Shown here: in pieces, positions 10,021 to 23,001 of the stretch
Layout: every line of letters starts with the position of its first letter
Position numbering within the stretch: position 1 is the stretch's first letter
Origin: Lama guanicoe
Lineage: Eukaryota
Length of the DNA: 64,000 nucleotides
Reading direction: 5' to 3'
Assembly: GCA_013239625.1 (NCBI GenBank)
Contig: MU054323.1
Location: 2,294,001-2,358,000 of the forward strand
The notes under the pieces: generated by a model
The model's database searches: none
Seen by the model: only the letters and a program-made list of their open reading frames with translations
Told to the model about the DNA's origin: nothing
Position numbers and translations under genes: made by a program

Positions 10021-13000
10021 GATTCGGCTTTCAGGGGGAGAGGACACAGGTGGCAAGATGTAAACAAAACAACATCCTGGGGCCTTTGTCAGGCCTTCTG
10101 AAAACAAAGTGGAAACGTGGTTGGCTCCTGAGCTGACCAGATCTTAAGTAATGAGTCTGACACAGAACTGAGCAGATCACACCCTCACTCCTTCACGGGG
10201 AGCCTCCGAGAGTGGACTTGGGGTGATAACCAGGACCGGTGGACCTCTGAAGGCTCCCTCTGGAATTCCCTTGAACGATCCTTGGGGGGAATCACAATTA
10301 TTCTTGCACACAAAACTTGCATAACTAAAGAGAAAGTGTGCCTCTCTGCCCTGGCTTTACCGCCGTCCAGCTCTGTCTATTTATACACTTCGGAGTGAGT
10401 TCTATGGGACGGCTATGGGTTGGGGGTTAAAAAAGAAAAAGTGATTGATTCGTGATCTCTTTCAGAAGAAACAAGAGAACAAGGCAGGAAATGGGTTTGG
10501 ACACTTTTGCAGGCTCTCTCCATTTCATCACCGTGGGGGACTGAAGCTGGTGCTGTTGATTGAGAACCTGACCTGCCCGGGCTGGGCGCCCAGGTGCTTT
10601 CCTGGAGCCTCTACCTGGGGCTCCCAGGGCCTGGCAGCTGCTGAAAGGGGCCACTCTGTGTGGAGAACAGGCAGCCTTGTTAGGCATCCTTTCCGACAGG
10701 GCCAAGCCAAGTGGTCAGAGGCATTGCCGGGGCTACTCTCATTCACTTACTTGAGTACCCACTCGACTCCTTGCTCCTGGCCTTGCCCCATGTCCTCTCA
10801 TGAATTCCTTTGGAGCAAGAAACGGCATTTGTGTATTTTGAGAAGTCAAAGGCCGGTGTTAAATGTTCCTACCTCTGAGAGAAAGCACATTGCCTCCCCA
10901 GTTGTCATGCAGGGAAGAAACCCCAGCTCCATCCCCTGTGCTCACGACTCCAAGCAGGCCTGTTGGGTGCCAGGTCCTGGTCTATGCGAAACCCCTGAGA
11001 ACGAGCAGCGGGGCTTCAGCTGCAGTTAATTTTCATTTGCTGTTTGTATATAAATGCTTTTAGTACTTAAACTAAATTCAGATCAATTAAACTAATGTTG
11101 TTTGACATAATATTCCTTGTTCCAAAATCAATATCCCTTCATTTGACAGACTTATTCTTGAATTCAGGATGTTTATTGTTCTTAAAGCTTACCTATAGAC
11201 CTGGTTTTTGTCTTTGATGATATAAAACAGCTCTTCCTCGCATACTGTACGCCGGCGTGTAATGGGGTTCAAATTTCTCTGGTAAATATCTTTAATTGTA
11301 CCATCATGCCTTTTAATCTAGCAGCACATGACCGCTGTTTCTCTGTCTCCATTTGTCTCCTTAGTTTTAAAGACATTCCTTGAATGATGTCTGTTTAGAA
11401 GGAGCTGGAGTGAATGAAGGAACCAGACCAGGATTTTCAGGGCCAGTGTTCCCACTTTCCAAAGAGCTGGGCCAACTGCAGAGAAGTCCCCAGCCGGCCC
11501 AGACACTGGCGATTTGACTGTGGCCACTTACCCTCCACCACCCCCCTCTGCCCCTCCTGCCTCCATCCTGTCATCATAAAGTAACGTGCAGCTACTCAAA
11601 CATGCTACATTTTCTCCTTGGGCCTTTCCCCCCATGCCCTGCGGTTCTTCTTCACTCTGCCTTTGGCTCTTATAAATCTTGTTCTGTTTTCCCTGGCCTT
11701 TGTCCAGAGACCGGCCTCGCTCGGCTCTGGGGAGAGCAGGCTGGGGGTCATTTATCACTTGAGCAGTGGGAATGGGGGACTGAACAGTAGTTTTTTTGCC
11801 ATCACCATGGCAGAGGTCTGTGCACAGTCACCTAATTGGAAGAATCTGGCCCGTGTTCCTCTAATTGCTCCACCTTGATCACTTTGCCCAGGTCAGACCT
11901 GCCCACTTCGTGGTGAAGAAAAGGATTGTCTGAGAATAGGACCCCTTGGTGATAAAACAGGAATGGTTTGCAATGTTTTTCTTTTTCTTCCAGGCAAATA
12001 TTTTCTTTAAATTAATAGTCACTGAAATGATGTAAACTGGCATTTGTGAGAGCTTTAATCAACCTCTGAAATACACCCGACTTTGCTCTGCGACCAGCCC
12101 TCAGACAGGATAAAGTCTCATGAAACCTGAGCTGGGCTTGCTGTCTCAGCCATCCTACTAGAAAGGCTCCTGTAGCAAAATGCGTCCGGACCCTGGGAAG
12201 GGAGCAGCTCTGCCCCAACCCCACCCCCCCACACACACACACTCACATATGCACACATGCTTTTTTTCTTTTCTACATTGCTTTTCAGAGGAGTATAGAT
12301 TGAGGTCATAGAGATATGGTTGAACTCAGGGTTCCTTAACTTCAAGGAGGTTGGGAGAAAGGGAAATTGGATGAATAAATGGGTTGTGCTACCACATTTT
12401 GTTTTCTATGAATGATGGGGAGAGCTTAAAGTTGGTTCTGTACAAAAAGTGTGACTTCATCCTACTAGGGATCAGATGCCCTCTCTCTCCCCTTTTGTCT
12501 TGTTTCTCTCGCTCTCAAATTTACTGTCTCCTCTCCTTCCTTCTCTTCGCACCCTGCCCCTCTCCTCCGCTTGTCCACAGTATCCCATCTGGAATCATAT
12601 CCTGGATGGTCTAAACATGGTTAGAGTAAATCTTCCGTGATTGTAAGTTGCATAAAACAGCGTTGGTTAATACAACATGCAGGGAAAAGCTTTCCCACAG
12701 TCCCTGTCTTCAGTGAGCCATGTTTCTTCTCATGGGACGCCTTTGATCACGGCCTTGACTACACCTGGCTGCATTTCATTTCCATTCCTCCAGATTCCTG
12801 TTGCCTCTGGCTGATTGCTCTGTCCATCTGCTGAGTCCTGTTCCCATGAGGATCTAGCCAGGCTGGGAGAGGAGACGATGCCCTGTTGCTCCTTGGAGAG
12901 AAGTTTCTGAGGGACCGTCAGCCTCTTGCTCAGCAACATGCTCAGCAGAGGCCAGAGACAGAGGCCCTGGGCAGAGTCAAGCAAGGCCACCAGGGCCCAG

Positions 13001-13249
13001 GGCCTGGGGCTCTCAGTCATGTTCTAGAAAAAATCAAATAGGGAAAGCCTGTGCAGTTTTCTCTCCAGATGCCTCTCCTCCACCACCCTAGGAAGGAGAA
13101 CAGTGGCTGTACCCCCAGTACATCACAGATGGTAGGTGATAACGTCTTTGTGATTCTCAGCACTGCACATAAGCAGTTCCTCAGTTTTCTTTTTTTTTTA
13201 AATGTTATTTAACTTCCACCATTTCCATGTAAGGTGGGGAGGGCTGGAA

Positions 13250-13390
13250 TGATCATCCACATTTTACAGATGAGGAAATGAATCCCAGAATAGTGACTTG
13301 GGCAAGGTCACTTAGCTTACTACATGGAAGGATGGGGGCCAAGATTTGAATCTCAGCCAGCGCCTGCTCCAGAGTTCACTGCACTGCACT
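13250..13390 (-). mobile_element. MIR SINE
   Basis: cattttacagatgaggaaatga, gtgacttgggcaaggtcac and gatttgaatctcag (MIR core). Confidence 0.85.
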
Positions 13391-14269
13391 GTGCTGCACC
13401 TCTTCTCAAAGGAGCACTCCCCTTCCTTGTCTCTGCATCCTATTTGCTTCTCTTGCCCTAAAATCATTGAAATGGGCTTACGTCTCAGAAGGCTTAACCC
13501 TATCCAAAGCCAGGCACTCCTGGAGTGCAGACCAGAAGCTGCCCACGTGGCTGTGCGAGGAGGAAGAGCATCACTTTGATGGACAGCTCCAGCAGCTGGG
13601 CCGAGTGGCCAGCCAGGTGGCCCTTGCTTCCTAATCAATGTAATGCTTGATTTATTCCTGGTTTTATAACCAAGCAGGGCTCCATGACCCCCTCAAAATC
13701 CTGGTTTAACATATGGCCGGTGGAGATAAAATTAAACGAGATGGCATATAGGGGGTGGCCTAGTTCAGGGCAGGACACTTGGAAGACCCTTGGCAAATGA
13801 AATATTGAGTCCTTTCTAGAAGGAGATTTCAGTTCGATTCCAAAACATAAGATGACAGACTAGAAAAATGAGAGTAGAGTTGTACAATTCTGGTTTAGAT
13901 AATAATTTTAGAATAGGATCACTTTATTTGACTCTCTCTGAAAACTGGCTGGACAGTTTACAGACTCGGAAGGGCCAACATTCGAAGAAGGTGGAATTCT
14001 TAAAGGAATTCTGCTTGGGAATTTGGGCTACAAGTACACCAACTGGACACTTGGTCTATCCAGTTTCTCTCTGTCTGAGGAAAAATAATGTTCAAAAATG
14101 GTATAGAGAATCTAGGGGCAACCTAATGACAGTAAAATACAGAACATGTCTGAGACAGCCTTTTTAAATACTTAAAGGCCTGTGGTGGTAAAGATCATGT
14201 ATTCAAAATTAATTTGAACACAACTTCCAAAACAATTTTTAAGCCAGTATCTTATTTCCTTCTTACCAC

Positions 14270-14395
14270 AGACCTCTAATGTAGCATTATTATCATTTCC
14301 AGTTTGTGGATCTAAAAACCTGAGATTCAAGAAAATGGAGGGACTTCTCCAAGGCAGACTGTTAATTGACAGGTTGTAACCCAGCTGTGTTGGAT
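14270..14395 (-). mobile_element. MIR SINE
   Basis: attattatcatttccagtttg, aacctgagattcaag and acttctccaagg. Confidence 0.55.
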
Positions 14396-15139
14396 CCTCT
14401 TCTCTGTCTCTCACAGAAAAATACACTGAACACACAGACAGACAGATGATGAGAACCCTTATAAGCCAATATCAAGCCCCCATGCATTTTCAATGAGATT
14501 GATACTAAGATCGCTTCATGGTTAGGTTAATTAAATGTAACCTCAGGACTAGAACTTGGTCACACACTTAATTATTGAGCATCTACCTTCATTTCATGTA
14601 GATCTTAGCATATAGAGGCTTCTAAACAAGTAGTATATTAACTTTAATAAGAAGGAAGATCTTGGTAAAGGGGCCAGGAGTGGTGTGTATGGGGGTGGGG
14701 GATCAAAGGAAGTAGACGATGAAAAAGAAAATGAAATAAATACGGAGAAAGGGCGCAAATGGAATAGTCTCTTAAGCAATTTCCATGATGGACTTGGTGC
14801 AAATGTCAAGGCCAAGTGGGCCTTTTCTTTCACATTCATGGATCTTCCTCAATCCCACTCAACCTTTGCCTTTCAATAGCTTCTCAAAGCATACTTTGCC
14901 TGTAGCACTGTTCTCCTTTAATTATAAAAAACCCAGAGCATTATTAAGAGAAATGCATGCCATATGTTTCTGATTCATTTTGTCTTAAATCCTCAGCCTG
15001 CTGTTAGCTAAGGGAAAGGCAATATTCGAGAACTCATCTTAATAAGCAATGTTAGCTAGGACCTTCCTAAGAAACAAGTTTTGATTTTGCTGGGAAAAGC
15101 AAGAGAGTCTGAACCTTGAGAGGTTTGGGTAGGATTTGG

Positions 15140-15440
15140 AACTCAACCGCTGAGGACCGCAAAGTGCGGAGTGCATTGTGAGAAGCCCGCCTTCCTCACT
15201 CTCCACTGAGGATCAATCTTTGTCAAACTGGCGTTAGTTACGTCTCCAGGGAGCAGGGGGAAGCAGTAATTTAGGAGAAAAAGTGCTGTTACCTAGGGCG
15301 GCTGTTTACCTTACAGTAAATATGAGGGAATAGTGGTTAATAAAATAGTTTTATATTTTTCCTTTAAGAAAATAGCCATGATGTATGAAATATATCAGTA
15401 TGCAGGCTTTAAAACAAACCAATAGACCTTGTGGTTTAAT
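15140..15440. promoter_or_regulatory. Candidate enhancer
   Basis: CpG retention, RUNX-type ACCGCA, and two forkhead sites TGTTTAC (15303) and GTAAATA (15316). Confidence 0.35.
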
Positions 15441-16204
15441 TTAAAAGAAAAAGGAAAAAAACCTGCTTCCCCTTTCATTGTTTGTAAGCTTATACCATCT
15501 AGCTATTAATTGGGTCTAATTTTTTTTTAAAGAGGAATATTCATCTTTACGGTGAACTTTCCTCACCTTGGGCTCATTATATTAAATGTTGCATTTAACA
15601 CACACTTTAGGGGAAAAAAATGTAATAGTTCTGTTTAAACTGTCAGATGGACTCACATAATGGAAAATGGGCTAACTGGAAATGGGAGAAAATATTTCAG
15701 TAAAAGCAGATGACCCAGGGAAGGAATTAGCTCCACCTTATTCCAGGCAGCAAAGTTGGGTTGCACTGGTGCCTCCTGCCCTCTCCCAGGGGAAGAGCCT
15801 GGGGTGGGAGGTCAAGAGAAAGAGAGGTTGGCTTGCTGCAAGGGACTGCTATGAAGCTGACCTGTCTTCTAACCTAATACCCCTCTTATTGGACAAACCC
15901 TGGGCAAAATGGCAAGGAACAGGGCAGTTGGTTCCATGCCAACTTTTCTTTTGTTTTCTTATGCTGCATCCAAATCTACTGTTTTCTCTAATTTGCTGAA
16001 AGCGTGCTGTGTTCCTGGGTATTCTTTTTCCCAAGTGACCGTGCACATCTAATTCTCCATGTGGAATAAGCGTTCATGCTTTTTGGGGGGAAATGCTAGT
16101 CTTTAAACTTAATCAGTGCCTGGCATATGGTCAGAGCTCAATTATAGTCATAGAATATTGTTGAAAGAATCTTCAGAGGGTGGAAAAAGTGGTTAGATAC
16201 AGGG

Positions 16205-16560
16205 TAGTACAGTAGGTAGCAGTGTTTACTGAAGAATTAGACAGCTGGGTTCAAATCCTAAGAAATTAGGTTAGGCCCCAGGCCATCTGTAAAGTAGGCA
16301 TAAGAATGGCTACTTCAATTTTTTGTGTAAGAATTAATGAATTATGTATATGTCAGTTCAGACACATGGCAGGCATTGAGTACACAACTGCTGTCTGTTG
16401 TGTAGCACTGTGTACAGCTCTGAAACTGCTTGGGCCAAAATCCTATTTAATCACCAACTTAGATAAGTCATTTAAGTTTCCTAACGCTTAATTTCTTCAT
16501 GGTAAAACAGAGATGTGATATCTGCACAAAGCGTTGTTGGATTAAATAAGATTTTTTTAA
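16205..16560 (+). mobile_element. Two adjacent MIR fragments
   Basis: ctgggttcaaatcct, catctgtaaagtagg and gaattaatga; then ttagataagtcatttaag and ttaatttcttcat. Confidence 0.65.
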
Positions 16561-17919
16561 GTCCACATGGTGATGGGTAAGACCATCAACTTCAGTCCTG
16601 CTTCTGAAAATAGTCTTCAAGCATCCTTCATCTTGAAAGCTTCTTCTTTAAGTAAAGCCTTTAGCTTATGAGATGACTTTAGGGACCATATCTTCAGGGA
16701 AGATGAAGAGGAAGGAGATGGATATTGACTTCAGTCAGTTACAATTGGAGGGGAAGGGAAGCTCGATAACTTGGGAGTAACATGAACTTCAGTAGTGCCT
16801 CATATTGGCAAAGCAGACCACAAACTATCTTGCTCCTCTGATGACCTTGGCTGAAAATGAGCATCTCTTTATTGTTGCAGTTGTACAGTACGGTGAACAC
16901 CAGAGTAATCGGCAACTGATAGCGCTAAGAAATGATTTTTCCTACACTTTATCAATCTTTTAAAATTTGAGTATGAAATGGTGAAGATAAAGTTGCAATA
17001 ATATTTACTTTTTGATAAGACCTCAGATTTATTCTTGTATCTCAAAAGTACAGTCTATGAATAGTGATACTCAATCCCTGCCTTGGCTTCCAGCCAAATA
17101 TTGATTTTAATAATCAGCCATTCAGCACCAGGCCAAAACATGTGCGCCTTGATGAATGTGTAGACCTAGTCAATTGCCTGAAAACAACAAGCACTCCATG
17201 TATGAATATTTTAATATTTTTCATATGAGGATGAAGGGAGGTTTCCCCGGCACCTGGACACTACCACATACAGGAGGCTGTCCACTGCTATATTGTGGAC
17301 CTTGGGCAAGTTTATTCCTCTTCGGGCACAATTTGCCCAAACTTTAAGACAAGGGGAGGGTTGAGACTCCAAATCTCTAACTCTGAACTCTCTTCATTCG
17401 CACTGAGCACGCTCAGTGTTTCCTCCACGCATCACTATGGATGCAGTACCGGTCCAGGAAGCAGTCATTCCAGGTTCCCTTTGGGCTGCTAGCTCTTTAT
17501 TATTTACCAAAGCTCTAAGAGCTATATTCTCAGCTAAGTGAAAAAGCTGAAGCCTTTAGACAGAGAGAGGAGAGATGAACCCCTTTCCTGATGAGGAGGC
17601 CTTGGCATGGATATTTGTTTTCAAAGGGTATAGCCCAAATCTGAGATAAAAGACTGTCAGCAAAAATATAAATTTAAAATAAGACTCATTTTGACCAAAA
17701 AACCTAGAAGGAAAAATATATGAAGCAATGAGCAGTGCCAAGAAGTAGCCCAGAGAATCAGCGCTGTGTGTATTTTCAGTTTCTTTATCAAAGAAAACAA
17801 TAGAAAAGTGTTGGCCTTTTTTGATCTCTGGGTTCCCAGCCATTACTAAGTATCTGACATACATTTCTGTTGACCACTCATCACAACACTGTTAGATGTG
17901 TATTAAAAATATGCCTTTT

Positions 17920-18110
17920 ATTGAATGAGAGAGCCAAGGTTCAGACGTTAACATGCACACTAAGGTCACGTAGCAGCAGAGCTCGGTGGCTAAGCACGCC
18001 CACCCTGGAGTCAGGCTCCCTGGGCGTGCGTGCCAGATTCACCTTGTATTCATCCTGTCATCTCAGGTAGTCTCCTCATCTGCAAAATGTGGATGGTAAT
18101 AGTGCACATG
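17920..18110. mobile_element. MIR fragments (minus then plus)
   Basis: gccaaggttcaga and aaggtcacgtagc; then ctggagtcaggctccctggg and ctcctcatctgcaaaatgtggatggtaatagt. Confidence 0.6.
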
Positions 18111-19749
18111 CCTGCGAATCTCACTCCCTTTTCCCTTGGGTTGTTTTGGAAAAATCTCTGTGCAAGTTGACTTCTAAGCCAAAATATTCTGAATAGATTT
18201 ATATCGGAGAGGTTGGTCTGGGACTCTTACATCTTGTAAATTCAGGAGTGGAGACCACAGGCCGTGGGACTTAGTCCCATCCCACCCCTAAGCCGTAAAA
18301 GCCTTTGATGTGAGGGTCTTGAATCTGTGATGCAGTTTAAAGTCTTTAAGAAATCCGGTGACAGCATCACTCCTAATACTCATTAACTTTGCCTTGCATG
18401 TCTCCTAATGATGGGTGAAAGAAACCTTCCACGTTACAAGTTCACCATTAGCGGCCTTTCCCTTACGGAGGACCGTGCTCCTGATGGTTCTCTGATTGCA
18501 CTCGGATGCCAGAACGGGCGGAACAGTGGGGGGTCCATCAGCTGCTTTCTCTCTCTGCGAAGAGCTCTTGCTGACCGAACTAAACTTAGGACCAAAAAAA
18601 GGTGTGCAAACAGCAATCTGTCATGAGTCGGAGAAGAAAGGGATCTGATTAGAAGAAACAAGTGGTGGCTTTTGTGTGTGCCTCTTACATCAGCTCTCCT
18701 TCCGAGTCGGGGAGAAGTGCAGCCAGGGAAATGAGTAATGTTGAATTTACTACAAGTTTACCTGAGATTAAGGGCGAGTTGGATACAGCCAATATCTTTT
18801 GGTCCAATGTTGACTTAGTCTTGTTGTCCCAAATCAGCTATTGATTTTTGGGGTCCCCATTAGTCTCAGGCAAGAGAGCTAGCCCTTCTTTCATGTGTGT
18901 TTATAAACCATATTTGGCCGGAGCTCAGGGTGCACTTTTCACCTTGATTTGCAAGTAGGAAGGCAAACACATGACCTCAGTACTAGAAGCCACCCTGGCT
19001 GGTCACTCTCTACTGTTTGTTTAATTTCACTCTGACTTCTGCCTGCCTTCTAATCCCAGGTATTCGGACATGTTACAAAAAGAAAGAGACCCCTGAGATC
19101 AAAGTACTGGTCACAATTTTACTAGGGGGCACCTCTGAAAGCATTTGTAAGGCCTGTGTGAATGGCTAGTGCTGTGACCTCTAGAAAATACTTTGCTCTC
19201 CAAATTGGGGCTAACAGATTTATCACTCACTAGGCCCCGACCTTCCAGGTCAGTCTAGGGTTATTTTTGTGTATTGTGGGTCCAGACATGGTAGTCCTAT
19301 TACAGAAGCCCAAAGAGCAAATATTTAGAACATGCCTTAGGGATAAAAGAGAATTCTGAAAGCATATTTTTGATTTTAAAATTTCCTATAAAAATGTTAA
19401 ATTAACTTTATTGCCATCTGCTTGGGATCATTGTCCTTGGGCAGGTTTCTCTGTCAGCCACCAGCATCGTCACGGTTCAGGATGACGGATGCTTTTCGTC
19501 CTCTCTGTGGAAATTCGATTTCTACCCTGTGGAAGGCTAACTCTGATCACAAAGGAATTCTGAAGGACGGTTTGGTTGTTTTTGCTTCATTAGTTGTAGG
19601 AAGTGTGTTTCAATAAAGGGAGAGTATCAATGTATGCAATATAAAGTCACTTCATTCTCTTCTGATTGTATTGAAAGGGTGGTGATTTTAATACCCATTT
19701 GGGACGTTCCTTTTCAAATTTGCAGAGCAGGGAATCGACATGCAATATG

Positions 19750-19980
19750 GTACAGCTGTTTAGAGGACAGAATTTGGTAAACTTACATTCAAATCTTGAC
19801 GCACTATCTGGGTGATCTTGGGTGAGTTATTTCATCTCCTTAAACCTTCATATCATAGTCTGTAAGTGGGGGATAACGTTGGTATTGACCTCACAGGGTT
19901 ACTGGAAAGATAACATAAATTATGTAAGATACTTAACATTATGCCTTACACACAGTAAACAATCATTACAGGGTAGCTGA
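19750..19980 (+). mobile_element. MIR SINE
   Basis: ttcaaatcttg, gtgatcttgggtgagttatttcatctc, ctgtaagtgggggataa and cctcacagggtt. Confidence 0.8.
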
Positions 19981-20109
19981 TGTTATTACAATTATTTAAT
20001 ATACAAGACCTCCATTTTACTCGTTACAGATGATCATGATTTTTCCTTTACAAAGCAGACTATACTGTCTTTTCACATTTTTGGATATCCATCAATTACC
20101 TTTTTTTTT

Positions 20110-20330
20110 TAATGTCAGAAATTTAATGGGTGTTTTCTCTGTGCCAAACTCTGCTTTCAGCCCTTTTTGCGTGTCGCTCATTTACTCCCCACAACCACCA
20201 TCCGCCACCTCCATTTTACTTATAAGAAAATTGAGGCTCTGCAAGTTTAACGATTTGCCCAATGTCATGTTGCTCATATATGAGCAAAAAGCTTCTAGTT
20301 CTGGATCCCATCTCCCTAACCACTGCAGTG
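20110..20330 (-). mobile_element. MIR SINE
   Basis: ctcatttactccccacaacc and ccattttacttataagaaaattgaggctctgcaagtttaacgatttgcccaatgtca. Confidence 0.8.
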
Positions 20331-20599
20331 TCCGTACTACCTCTCGTCAGTGTCCTAGAATTTTACTTCTATACATGATCCTCTTGCATGTTCATTTTTT
20401 TCTCCCTTTCTACTAGTATGTTGACATCTTTCTGAAAGAAAATGCCTACGTTTTGTTCACATTAAATGAATTAATAAAGGAATAAATGAACGAATACAAA
20501 AATCTTGCCCCCTTACTTTTAAATCCTTCCTATCTGGTTTTTGTCCCACTGCCCCTGAAACTCCCCTCTCAAAGGTCACAGTTGAGTAGAAGAATGACT

Positions 20600-21130
20600 G
20601 TACATGAACAAGAAAGTGGGGAATTGCCTAGGAAGCAGTGACAGTTGTCCAAGTGACAGATGTTGGCAGGTAGGACTTGAGGAGTGGTAGAGAAGACATA
20701 GAATATACAATTACCACAGTATCTTTTGGCTGATCTGATGTAGGAGGTAAGGCCAAGAGAGGAAGAATGGGTGACTCCTTTTGGTTTGAATAATCAGTAG
20801 ATGAGGTTGCTGTTTACAGAAAACAGTGGATTTGGAGCAGGTTAGGGAAAAGGGTACGTGGGTTTTTTCCATTTGTATTTGTGTTTTTTTCTGAAAGAGT
20901 GTTGTAACATGGAGATGTCAAAGGCTGTAAGTGTCTGAGTTCAGAGAAGAATCTCTGATATGACAATGATATGTGAAACCCCAGATGTGATCACTTAGGG
21001 AGAGAATGTGGACGGAAGAGAAGCAGCCAGGGAGGGAGTGCTGTCATTCAGGAGCTGAGCAGGGGAGGAGGTAACAAAGGTCCAGAAGAAGAAACGGGCA
21101 GTGTGATAAGAATACAGTGAGGAATCTGGT
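20600..21130 (-). mobile_element. L2 fragment
   Basis: Purine-rich antisense L2 with ggtgactcc, gctgtttacagaaa, gtctgagttcagagaag and gatcacttagggagagaatgt. Confidence 0.65.
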
Positions 21131-21199
21131 GTTACTGAAAGTTATGTATGCACTTGTCAAGGGTCCCTGTGCCTATTACGCTGGTGAAAGCCTCTATAA

Positions 21200-21830
21200 T
21201 TTTACAAACCCTGTCTCCAATGCCTCAAGGCCTTCCTCATCTTCTCTGTCTGGCAAACCCCTACTCTTCCTTCAAGACTTAGTTCCATTCCTCTGGAAGC
21301 CTAATCTGATTCCTCACCTCTTGTTTCCAGAGCGCTGTGTCCCTACCTTTATCTTAGCCCAGATAACTGGGCACTTAGTGATTACTCTCAAGGAGCTCAG
21401 GAACCAAACAGTTTATAAGGCAGATTATATTATCCTGTCTTTTATTTCTGAGTCTCCAATAACTGGCACAGTGACTGGAAAAATAAATATTTGACTATTG
21501 TTGGTTGAATTGAATAAAATGTATGAATGACTAGATTCCCTTCTGAGCTCCAATATTTAATGTCAAACCATTTAATTTCCACTGGAGGATTCGACTTAGA
21601 AGCCTAACATTGAGTTCCACCTAGAGATCAAATTCCACTTTTCTCAAAATTGAAGTTACTCACTTCCCTTAAGACCTCTTTCTTCTGTTTCTCTTTATGT
21701 ACGGTACAACTATTCTCAAGTCCTTCAAGCTTGGAAACAAGGAATCACTTTTGACTCTTCTCTATATATAGTCAGTCAGCCACTATTCCTGTCCATTTTC
21801 CCTCTATATATCTTGAATCTGTATCTTGCT
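21200..21830 (+). mobile_element. L2 fragments including a 3' tail
   Basis: aaaccctactcttccttcaagact, ctggcacagtgactggaa, ttgaattgaataaaatgtatgaatga and aaggaatcacttttgactcttctct. Confidence 0.65.
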
Positions 21831-23001
21831 TCTTTCTCCTAGTTAGCAGTTTGCCCAAAGTCACTGAACTATGCAGATTCAGACCCAGAAGTGGAATTCA
21901 TTGTGTCTGACTCACTAAGTAATATCACCTTTCTGGCTTATGCTTGGGTGACTGGGATCCTTTGATAATATGGCAGGCAATTCCAAAGAGTATAACTTGT
22001 AATTTTCTGGAACATTTTTTGGAAGGAAAATACTCCGTGGACTTTTGTTTTATCTTATGTCTGAGATGTAAACCGACTATTTTATGAGGCATTGACAGCA
22101 AAATAGATGGATAGACTGATTTATTTCCCTCAGTAGGATGTAATCTGATGACTGTCTAAGGATATAAAAGTTTATAAATATGGTATAGCATTTGTATGTG
22201 GAATATTTCTGTTAAAAATTATCAACTGTATTAACTAGGACATCTTACTCCATTTCCAGAGTTCTATTTCACTCAGTCATGATGTCTTCTCCTAAGATTA
22301 ATTAGTTCCCTAGGCTCTCATCCTAGCCACAGGGTAAACTTTATAATTCTGAATTTCCATACATTTTTGTCTTAACCTTGACTGATACCCAGAGAATGTT
22401 TGGGTAATAAATGACTGATTGCCTGCATTGCTTAGTAAGTGAATTTGTAAACGTGTATGCACAGTAGTCCCAATTAGCTGACTGATGTTTTTTCCACTTT
22501 CTTCCCATGTGGCTGTCAAGAAAAGATGGAGAGGAAGCTAGCCTCTCATATTGTGACCCTGCGTCACTCTAATAACTGCTCCATCTCCAAAATCATGAAT
22601 TCTCACATCCTTTCTGATTTCTACTCGACCCAAATTTTACCCTACATCATTCCTCCAATTCATTGTTTCCACCAGTTTGATTCCCTACTTTCAGAAATCC
22701 ATAGTTTCAGCTTCTAATTCCTGCCTGATTAAAATAACTGGGTGTTAACTCTTGCTATAAACACTATAAAAACAAAACAAAAATGTATGAAATGACTGTT
22801 TTCAGACAGTACATAACAGGAAGTATAGTATTGGGATTCACATGTGATTGTCCAGTTTGATACCAGAATGTGGTGCAGGGAGGGGAAACTCAAGCAGAGC
22901 ATAACGGTCTCACTAAGATGAAGAGTGAAAAAAAAAAAAGAGCTTGGAGAGACTAAGGCAGCTAGAATTTGTGGTGCAGGGATGAAGTTAAACAGACAAA
23001 C

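Noticed and set aside
11319..11329. TAGCAGCACAT, identical to the 5' end of miR-15a/b
   Set aside because: The match stops after 11 nt and there is no complementary 3p arm downstream, so no pre-miRNA hairpin. As a minus-strand target site it would need a 3'UTR, for which there is no evidence.
16870..16960. Frame reading VAVVQYGE, reminiscent of a VWA/integrin I-domain strand
   Set aside because: Flanking residues do not continue the similarity, the frame closes soon after, and no donor site is present.
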